From Candidatus Latescibacterota bacterium (GTDB lineage Bacteria > Latescibacterota > UBA2968): a stretch of 64,000 nucleotides of DNA. The notes below the pieces were generated by a model. That model did no database searches. It was not told the origin of the DNA and was given only the letters and a program-made list of their open reading frames with translations. The translations under genes and the position numbers were made by a program. The number at the start of each line of letters is the position of its first letter. Positions within the stretch are counted from its first letter, which is position 1. Shown in pieces: positions 50,225 through 57,536 of the stretch. Location: the NCBI GenBank assembly GCA_965208125.1, contig OZ242320.1, positions 3,648,001-3,712,000 of the forward strand, written 5' to 3'.

Positions 50225-51970
50225 ATGAACGACGCTCAACAACCTCTCAATGCTCTGCCCCAGGGCCACCGGCTCCAGGAATACGAACTGGTACGCGTGC
50301 TCGGCTTCGGGGGATTCGGCATGACCTATCTCGGCTTTGATCACAACTTGGACAAAGCCGTTGCTATCAAGGAATACCTCCCATCCGATATTGCCACCCG
50401 TGCAAGCAATAATAGCGTTGCTCCGCAGGCCAGTCAGTTTCACGATGATTTTGAATGGGGATTGGGTCGTTTCTTAGATGAAGCCCGCGCCTTAGCCCGG
50501 TTCGATCATCGCCATATCATTAAAATACATCGTTTCTTTGAGGCACATGGCACAGCGTATATCGTGATGGAATATGCTGAAGGTGAGACCTTGTCGGCGT
50601 TGCTGGAACGCAAAGGGACATTGAGAGAAGCTGAACTCAGATCGATACTATATCCGCTTCTTGATGGTCTGGAAGTGGTGCATGGGGCTGATTTTCTACA
50701 TCGGGATATAAAGCCTGGCAATATCATCATTCGTGATGAGGACAATTCGCCAGTGTTGTTGGACTTTGGTTCAGCGCGTCAGGCGATAGGAGCAAGGAGC
50801 CGTTCAGTTACGTCGATCATCACGCCGGGATATGCGCCTATAGAGCAGTATTCGAGTCGGGGAGATCAGGGGCCATGGACGGATATCTATGCGTTGGGAG
50901 GCGTATGTTATCGCGCACTGACGGGTGAGGTGCCGGATGATGCGACAGATCGTATGCGGAATGATCCGCTTATTCCAGTGATTGAGCGATACGCGGGGCA
51001 AGTGAGCGAGGAGTTTCTTTCTGCGATAGATTGGGCGTTGCAGGTAGATGAAGGGGACCGCCCGCAGAGTATCGTTGCATGGCGGGCTGTGTTGCAAGGT
51101 GAGACACAGGCCCTGCACGTCAATGAAGGTACAATCTCTGCTAGCCCAGTTGTGCTGCGTCCCAAGACTTCGGTGCCTACAGGCTCTGCACCCCCTGCGG
51201 CGGCACGTCAGGAGGAATTGGAACTTCAGGACAAGGTTGAGAATTTGGAAAGCAGGCATGGTCTGGAGTTTGTGTGGATAAAGCCTGGGACATTTAAAAT
51301 GGGTTCTCCGTCCTCTGAGAAGGACCGCTATGATAATGAAGGTCCAGTCCATATGGTGCGGATAAGCGAGGGATTTTGGTTGGGTAAGTGTGAAGTAACG
51401 CAAGGCCAGTGGGAGAGTGTGATGAGAACGCGGCCTTGGCAGGGAATATTCAAAATCAAGCGTTATGTGCGTTCAGGTGCGAATAATCCAGCGGTATATA
51501 TCTCTTGGAATGATGTTCAAAAATTTATTGGTCGGTTGAACGCGGCGGCGGGTTCAAAAGTATATCGTTTGCCTACTGAAGCAGAGTGGGAGTATGCGTG
51601 TCGGGCAGGGACGCGTACGCGTTGGTCTTTTGGTGATGATGAGAGCCAATTGAAACATTATGCGTGGTATGCTGATAATGCGTTGGGTGAGAAGTATGGT
51701 CATAGCGTGGGGACAAAGCGAGCAAACCCTTGGGGGTTGTATGATATGCATGGGAATGTATGGGAATGGACACAGGATTGTTATAAAGATAGCTATTCGG
51801 GAGCACCCACTGACGGTTCTGCATGGAAGTCTCAGAACTGCGATATTCGCGTATTGCGTGGTGGTTCGTGGTACGACGAACCGAGGAGCTTGCGTTCGGC
51901 GAATCGCAGCAGGTACACCGCCGGGAACCGGTACAGCAGCGTCGGTTTTCGGATTGTCCGGCGTTTTTAA
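50225..51970 (+). CDS. Ser/Thr kinase-FGE-sulfatase protein, no TM
   Basis: Kinase motifs; FKMGS, RLPTEAEWEYACRAG, YDMHGNVWEW, RGGSW, GFR. Confidence 0.93.
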   Translation: MNDAQQPLNALPQGHRLQEYELVRVLGFGGFGMTYLGFDHNLDKAVAIKEYLPSDIATRASNNSVAPQASQFHDDFEWGLGRFLDEARALARFDHRHIIKIHRFFEAHGTAYIVMEYAEGETLSALLERKGTLREAELRSILYPLLDGLEVVHGADFLHRDIKPGNIIIRDEDNSPVLLDFGSARQAIGARSRSVTSIITPGYAPIEQYSSRGDQGPWTDIYALGGVCYRALTGEVPDDATDRMRNDPLIPVIERYAGQVSEEFLSAIDWALQVDEGDRPQSIVAWRAVLQGETQALHVNEGTISASPVVLRPKTSVPTGSAPPAAARQEELELQDKVENLESRHGLEFVWIKPGTFKMGSPSSEKDRYDNEGPVHMVRISEGFWLGKCEVTQGQWESVMRTRPWQGIFKIKRYVRSGANNPAVYISWNDVQKFIGRLNAAAGSKVYRLPTEAEWEYACRAGTRTRWSFGDDESQLKHYAWYADNALGEKYGHSVGTKRANPWGLYDMHGNVWEWTQDCYKDSYSGAPTDGSAWKSQNCDIRVLRGGSWYDEPRSLRSANRSRYTAGNRYSSVGFRIVRRF

Positions 51971-52122
51971 CTCTTGATTCTTTACTCCTTTACCTCTTTT
52001 GTAGGGAAGGGTAGATAAATGAAGATGGAATTTTTTTTAAAAGAGGTCTTGTGCAGTTAAGGTGATAGATCAGATGCAGGGTAAAGCGGCTTGATCAGTG
52101 CAGATGAAAAGGAGAAAATATT

Positions 52123-52320
52123 ATGGCGGGGCAAGGTTCGGGCGGTAATGTTCTGGCAGCTTTGTGTAGCTTTTTTATTCCGGGTTTGGGCCAGTTGCTT
52201 CAGGGGCGTTTGCTAATTGCCCTTTTCCAATTTGTTTTGGCGGCCATCCTGTGGTTTATCTGGATGGGCTGGATAATCCATCTGTGGTCAGTTTTGAACG
52301 CGGCCCGGTGGAGACCATGA
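52123..52320 (+). CDS. Small hydrophobic membrane protein
   Basis: AAGGAG RBS; AALCSFFIPGLGQL motif (TM2-like). Confidence 0.85.
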   Translation: MAGQGSGGNVLAALCSFFIPGLGQLLQGRLLIALFQFVLAAILWFIWMGWIIHLWSVLNAARWRP

Positions 52321-52382
52321 GCGCATATAATCGTTAATATCGACAATCGTGCTCAGGTAGAGTACGCGATAAGAGGAAGTAT

Positions 52383-53579
52383 ATGGACCTTTTAGACGGA
52401 CGATTTGCCGCGCAGCAAATTCCCGGTGGGCGGGAATATCAGGAGGACGATTACGGTCTGATTGAGCCGGGTGATCCCGATGCTGATGGAAGTGAGGTAT
52501 TATTGATAGCCGATGGGATGGGTGGACACGTCAGCGGCGATACGGCGAGCAGGACGGTGGTCAAAACCTTTGTGGAGACCTATCACTGCACGGATGGACC
52601 GGTGCCGGATCGTCTGCGTGCTTGTCTCAATGCGGCCAATGATGCTCTCGCCGAAGCAATCAAAGAAAACCCTGAATTGGAGGGCATGGGATCGACTGTG
52701 GTCGCAGCCGTTGTTTCACAACACGGACTCGACTGGATCAGCGTGGGCGATTCCCCCTTGTGGTTGTTCCGCGATGGCAAGTTGCGCCGTCTCAATGCCG
52801 ATCACTCTATGGCACCTGTGCTTGCGAACCTGGTGGCGGTTGGGCGTATGACTGAGGAAGAAGCGGCGACGGATCCCAAACGCCATGCCCTGCGTTCGGC
52901 GGTTATGGGCGATGAAATTCACCTGATTGATGTCTCATCGCAACCTGTTGCTGTTCGGAAAAGTGATCGTCTGTTATTGGCGAGTGATGGTTTAATGACG
53001 CTTGAGGATGGGGAGATCGCGGGTATTTTACAGAATATGCAGGACGCAACTTTGTCAGAAGTCGCCGATGCACTCATCCAGGCTGTGGAAGAGGTCGGAC
53101 ATTCCAATCAGGACAATACGACGGTGTTGCTCTACACTCCGAAGGCCGATTGTGGGGTAGAAATGCTTCCCGTTGATATTGCCCAAGAGGCGCCCAAACA
53201 GCGCGAGGAGACTGAGCGGGCAGGTCGAAAGAAGGGCCTGTTTTGGATATTGTTATGTGGGGTTTTGGTTGCATTTGTAGTGCTCGCGTATTGGATCACG
53301 TCGCGCACGCACCACGAAGAAGCCACGTTTGAACCCCCACCGGTACCGCAGGTAGAGCCAACCAAACAGGATGTTTTTCTACCGGCTATGAGAACTCCTG
53401 ATTTAGAAGTGCAGCCAGGTGGCAAACCTCCGCAGACAGAACTCCCCGTAGAGAATGCGCCAGCACAACTTGATACAGGCAAGGTAAACGGGGAATCACC
53501 GAAAGAAAAAAACGAAGATACTTCAACAAAGGCATCTGCACCGCCCGATACTACGACACAATCGAAAGGACCGATGTGA
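52383..53579 (+). CDS. PP2C phosphatase, second copy
   Basis: Same motifs as 45035; catalytic domain nearly identical. Confidence 0.95.
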   Translation: MDLLDGRFAAQQIPGGREYQEDDYGLIEPGDPDADGSEVLLIADGMGGHVSGDTASRTVVKTFVETYHCTDGPVPDRLRACLNAANDALAEAIKENPELEGMGSTVVAAVVSQHGLDWISVGDSPLWLFRDGKLRRLNADHSMAPVLANLVAVGRMTEEEAATDPKRHALRSAVMGDEIHLIDVSSQPVAVRKSDRLLLASDGLMTLEDGEIAGILQNMQDATLSEVADALIQAVEEVGHSNQDNTTVLLYTPKADCGVEMLPVDIAQEAPKQREETERAGRKKGLFWILLCGVLVAFVVLAYWITSRTHHEEATFEPPPVPQVEPTKQDVFLPAMRTPDLEVQPGGKPPQTELPVENAPAQLDTGKVNGESPKEKNEDTSTKASAPPDTTTQSKGPM

Positions 53580-53680
53580 ACGACGCACAGCACCGATTGG
53601 CACTACCACAAGGCACTCAAATACAGGACTTTGAAGATCCTCTTAGTGTAATAAATAGAAAAAGAAAGAGAATGGTATAG
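53576..53680 (+). pseudogene. Truncated kinase gene (first 20 codons only)
   Basis: MNDAQHRLALPQGTQIQDFE matches the start of the 46231 kinase, then AT-rich unrelated sequence and a stop. Confidence 0.85.
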
Positions 53681-53960
53681 AGATGTATTATTATTTTATA
53701 TTATATTTATTTTTAGTTTTACTTATGAATTTCGTTTTAGTATATTGTTCCTCTGAAGGGGCAGATCTTTATGGTAGAGGGTAGCTAAAGATAAAGGGCC
53801 GAATAGAAATTACTGAATAGCTATTTTAATTGTTAATTATTAAATCCATTGATAGGTAATAAGACCGCCGAATGGTGGTTTGTTAAATTACGGTGGCCTG
53901 ATGGGATAAAAAATTATCAACATCATCCATCAGACACCACAACCCAATTGGGAGGAAGAT

Positions 53961-54386
53961 ATGAATAAAAAACAAAAAGAAGTTAATGTTAACGCGCAGG
54001 ATAGCTCTGATCAGATGTTACTACACGAGGCGGCCAGTAGAAACGCTTTTGTGACAGTGGAGAAATGGCTGAGAAAAGGTCTTGATGCAAACACAAAGGC
54101 CCAAAATGGCGATACGCCGTTGCACTATGCGGCAAGGGCGTACGACGCTCCTGAAACGGCAAAGGTATTGCTCAAATACGGGGCTATGGTCAACGAGAAG
54201 AACATTTTTGGCAATACGCCGTTGCACTATGCGGCGGTACATGACTTTCCTGGGATGGCAAAGATGTTGATTGAACACGGTGCCGAGGTCAATGCGGAGA
54301 ACATTTTTGGCAATACGCCGTTGCACCGTGCGAATTCGTATAGATCTCATAAAACAGCAAAGGTGTTGGATCGTCACGGTGCGTGA
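53961..54386 (+). CDS. Stand-alone ankyrin repeat protein
   Basis: GGAGG RBS; GDTPLH and GNTPLH repeats. Confidence 0.88.
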   Translation: MNKKQKEVNVNAQDSSDQMLLHEAASRNAFVTVEKWLRKGLDANTKAQNGDTPLHYAARAYDAPETAKVLLKYGAMVNEKNIFGNTPLHYAAVHDFPGMAKMLIEHGAEVNAENIFGNTPLHRANSYRSHKTAKVLDRHGA

Positions 54387-54399
54387 GGATAAACGCTTT

Positions 54400-54491
54400 G
54401 ATGAGGTGATCGCAGTATGAGATTACCCCGGAATCTATCTGGCGACGATTTAGCAGGATTGTTGCTTGTTCTCTCTGTTTATTGGTATTAA
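54400..54491 (+). pseudogene. Relic of a HicB-like/HicA toxin-antitoxin junction
   Basis: ...DEVIAV* overlapping (ATGA) MRLPRNLSGDDLAGLL, which resembles HicA N-termini; truncated after about 16 codons. Confidence 0.55.
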
Positions 54492-54524
54492 TCGGTTTGG
54501 AAAGCACACATGAAGTTTTGCATA

Positions 54525-54923
54525 TCATGTTGCGTCCATTTGCCGTGCTGAGTTGAGAGAGGGTGCGAGCTCAGCATACGGCTCTATCTCCCGCTCAATT
54601 TTGAGACGTACTGTGTGCTCGGCGACATCGAGATCGTAGCGGGTTTGAAGATTCATCCAGAACTCAGGCGTCATGCCAAAGTAGTGACCAAGGCGTAGCG
54701 CGGTATCGATTGTAATTCCATTGATTCCATGTACGATAGCGTCTAAGTCCTTCTCAGAAACCTTGATACCTTGAGCAAGGCGAGCCACACTGAGATTCAT
54801 CGGAATAAGGAACTCATCGCGCAGGATCTCGCCAGGATGTACCGGAGATAGTAGCTGTCCGGTTGTGACTTCCGAGAAGTCAACCTTTCGCCGGTCCAGT
54901 TCTTCGCGTTTAATGGTCATCAT
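54525..54923 (-). CDS. higA: HigA-family antitoxin
   Basis: PVHPGEILRDEFL, ALRLG, PEFWMNLQ..YDL. Confidence 0.93.
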   Translation of the reverse strand: MMTIKREELDRRKVDFSEVTTGQLLSPVHPGEILRDEFLIPMNLSVARLAQGIKVSEKDLDAIVHGINGITIDTALRLGHYFGMTPEFWMNLQTRYDLDVAEHTVRLKIEREIEPYAELAPSLNSARQMDAT

Positions 54924-54931
54924 TTATCTCC

Positions 54932-55213
54932 TCAATGATAGTCAACGATCTCGACCTTCCACGATGCACCATCGCGCCAGACGAAGCAGATACGCCATCG
55001 GTTATTGATGCGAATACTGTATTGCCCTCGACGATCCGCTCGTAAAGCCTCGAGACGATTGCCAGGTGGTGTAAGCAAGTCGTTGAGCCTATTAGCAGCA
55101 TCAATCGCCAGAAGCTTCGTCCGTGCCCGTTGCTGGAGTTGCAGAGGCAGGCCTCGAACAGCATGTCCCGCAAAGATAGCCGCGGTGCGCTTGTCTGCAA
55201 AGCTCTTGATCAT
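54932..55213 (-). CDS. higB: HigB (RelE/ParE family) toxin
   Basis: MIKSFAD, PPGNRLEAL, GQYSIRIN..WRICF, VEIVDYH; toxin-first order. Confidence 0.93.
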   Translation of the reverse strand: MIKSFADKRTAAIFAGHAVRGLPLQLQQRARTKLLAIDAANRLNDLLTPPGNRLEALRADRRGQYSIRINNRWRICFVWRDGASWKVEIVDYH

Positions 55214-55404
55214 GCGTTAATCATGCGTTAATGTAATGACAAATGGATGATCAGTGACATCTATCCGCTACTTCCAATCTTGTATCCGCTTTCCTTTGTG
55301 TTTACAGAGGAATTTTTCCAGAATTGCCGAAAATAATAGCCGATTTGATCTCGCGTGTCAAGAATTGTCGTGACTAATCAAGAAAACCCTGCTCGGCTAC
55401 CCAA

Positions 55405-55433
55405 CGGGCGGGCACGGGGGCACTGCCCCTGCA
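55405..55433 (-). repeat. REP-like palindrome
   Basis: Minus strand GCAGGGGCAGTGCCCCCGTGCCCGCCC resembles GTAG-family REP elements; single copy in this window. Confidence 0.4.
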
Positions 55434-55468
55434 TTGTATAGATGGACTGCTATTGAAAGGATTTTCCT

Positions 55469-56581
55469 GTGAAAATTGATGCTGCGGAAATTCGATATGT
55501 CGAGTTGCCGCTGATTTCGCCGTGGCGCACGGCTTATGGCGAGGATGCGACGATTCATTCGGTGATGGTTAAACTCTCGGGTGGAGGAACCGCTGCTTGG
55601 GGTGAGGCTACGCCGTTTTACGCGCCGACTTATTCGTCCGAGTCGGCACGATCTGTGTATGAGACAGCGCGGGAATTTTTCTTGCCGCATCTGGTAGGAG
55701 AGCAAATAGAGACGGCAGCGGAACTGATGGCGCGGATTGCGGTGTTTAAGGGCAATCCTTTTGCCAAAGCATCTGTGGAAACCGCGTGGTGGGCATTGGA
55801 TAGCGTGTTGAAGGGCATACCACTCTGGCAGTCGCTGGGCGCAACCGATCCTACGGTGGCATGTGGTGCTGATTTTGGTGTGCAGGATACGGTTGATGAG
55901 CTTCTGTCACTGATCCAGGGTGCTGTGGATATGGGATATCCGCGGATCAAATTGAAGGTACGACACGGATGGGATATCAAGATGCTCAAAGCCGTGCGCT
56001 CGGCTTTTCCCGATCCCGTGATTCATGTGGATTGCAATTCGGGATATGATTTGAATGCGGATTTTGATACGCTCAGGGCATTTGATCAGTTCAATTTGGC
56101 GATGATTGAGCAGCCCTTAGATCATCTGGACCTGATTGAGCATGCGGAGTTGCAAAGCCAAATTGAGACGCCTGTGTGTTTGGATGAGTCGGTAAAACGC
56201 CCTCGGGATTTTGAACTCGCATTGAAAATTGGCGCCTGTCGCGTGATCAATGTAAAACCCGGTCGCGTGGGTGGCTTGTTAAATGCTGTGAAAATTCACG
56301 ATATGGCGCGCGATGCGGGTATAGATGCCTGGGTGGGCGGGATGCTGGAGAGTGGAGTTGGTGCTGGGATTTGTGCGGCGTTGGGTACGCTGCCGGGATT
56401 TAACTATCCAGCAGATGTGTTTCCATCCCGCAAGTTCTATGTTGAGGATATTACAGATCGGTGGATTGAGCAGGATGAGAATTGTAATGTGGTACTGGAT
56501 GAGACACCCGGTGTTGGGTTTGATCCGATTCCTGAGCGTCTGGAGAAAGTGACGGTTATGAAGGCGGTTGTAGAGGCGTAA
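55469..56581 (+). CDS. menC: o-succinylbenzoate synthase / N-acylamino acid racemase (enolase superfamily)
   Basis: RIKLK, VDCN, IEQP, LDES, NVKPGRVGG, GGMLE. No other men genes nearby, so the role may be racemase. Confidence 0.75.
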   Translation: MKIDAAEIRYVELPLISPWRTAYGEDATIHSVMVKLSGGGTAAWGEATPFYAPTYSSESARSVYETAREFFLPHLVGEQIETAAELMARIAVFKGNPFAKASVETAWWALDSVLKGIPLWQSLGATDPTVACGADFGVQDTVDELLSLIQGAVDMGYPRIKLKVRHGWDIKMLKAVRSAFPDPVIHVDCNSGYDLNADFDTLRAFDQFNLAMIEQPLDHLDLIEHAELQSQIETPVCLDESVKRPRDFELALKIGACRVINVKPGRVGGLLNAVKIHDMARDAGIDAWVGGMLESGVGAGICAALGTLPGFNYPADVFPSRKFYVEDITDRWIEQDENCNVVLDETPGVGFDPIPERLEKVTVMKAVVEA

Positions 56582-56608
56582 ATAAAACTACAGTAAAAAT
56601 GAAAAATA

Positions 56609-56646
56609 ACAGTCCTGCTGGATCCGGTAGGATTGTTTTATTTTTT
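56609..56646. terminator. Terminator between convergent genes
   Basis: acagtcctgctgg-at-ccggtaggattgt hairpin with A- and T-rich flanks. Confidence 0.7.
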
Positions 56647-56648
56647 CC

Positions 56649-57536
56649 TTAAGCGAGCGCAAATTTTCCCTCAATCGGTTCTACGGTGACAGATACCGTG
56701 AGTGCGTGTTGACCACCGCCCAGGACTACGCCTTTGAGAGGGGTGACGTCGGCAAAGTCTCGGCCCCAGGCCACGGTGATGTGCCGGTCACCGGGCAGGA
56801 GGTTGTTGGTCGGATCAAAGTCGATCCAGCCGTGATTGGGCAGGTACACAGAGAACCAGGCGTGGGAGGCATCCGTGCCAATCAGGCGTTCTTTGCCGGG
56901 AGAGGGCAGGGTCTCGAGATAGCCGCTTATATAGCGCGCGGCCAGACCCATAGCGCGGAGGCAACCGATAGCCAGGTGGGCAAAGTCTTGACACACGCCT
57001 TTGCGGTGTTTGAACACATCGGATAATGGTGTGGATATGGTAGTGAATCCTGGTACGTATTCAAAGTCGTTGTAGATGCGTTGGGTGAGGTCGCTAACCG
57101 CTTCTATAAAGGGACGGTCTTTAGAAAATGACGGTTCTGCATATTTTGTCAACTCGGGGACGGTAGTGGCTTTGGGAGAATCCAGTACAAATTGGCGCAC
57201 TGAAAGAAGGTCGGGAACGGTAGTGGTTTTGAGGATATGACACACGGTTTCCCAGGACATATCGCTGGTCAATTGGGTTTGCGATACGATATGCACATCG
57301 CTTTCGGCTGTGACTGAGAGGATATTGTGGGGTTGTTCGATGGAAAAATAGGCGGTGCGATTGCCAAAAAAATCTTTTCGCTCGCGAAAAGATGCTGGCT
57401 GTGGATTGATGGTGATGTGGCTATTCAAGCATGTCTGATTGAAAAAACTGCGCGGGCTCAATCGGGCTTGATTGTGAGACAGGCCTACGGTCTCTGCATA
57501 TTCGTAGTGGCTCTGATGTGTGATGCGATAATTCAT
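56649..57536 (-). CDS. Transglutaminase-family protein
   Basis: GVCQDFAH, ARYISGY, SHAW, FDPTN, GRDFADV. Confidence 0.95.
   Translation of the reverse strand: MNYRITHQSHYEYAETVGLSHNQARLSPRSFFNQTCLNSHITINPQPASFRERKDFFGNRTAYFSIEQPHNILSVTAESDVHIVSQTQLTSDMSWETVCHILKTTTVPDLLSVRQFVLDSPKATTVPELTKYAEPSFSKDRPFIEAVSDLTQRIYNDFEYVPGFTTISTPLSDVFKHRKGVCQDFAHLAIGCLRAMGLAARYISGYLETLPSPGKERLIGTDASHAWFSVYLPNHGWIDFDPTNNLLPGDRHITVAWGRDFADVTPLKGVVLGGGQHALTVSVTVEPIEGKFALA

Noticed and set aside
53636-53960. AT-rich gap as an ncRNA or IS
   Set aside because: No terminal inverted repeats, transposase fragment or convincing conserved structure was visible.
55209-55232. 11-12 nt tandem duplication (atcatgcgtta) at the higB start as an island att/TSD
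   Set aside because: No matching copy was seen at the left boundary; more likely local slippage or an operator.
39317-55468. Complete DGR cassette
   Set aside because: No reverse transcriptase or avd ORF, and no AAC-rich template repeat in any intergenic gap inspected.
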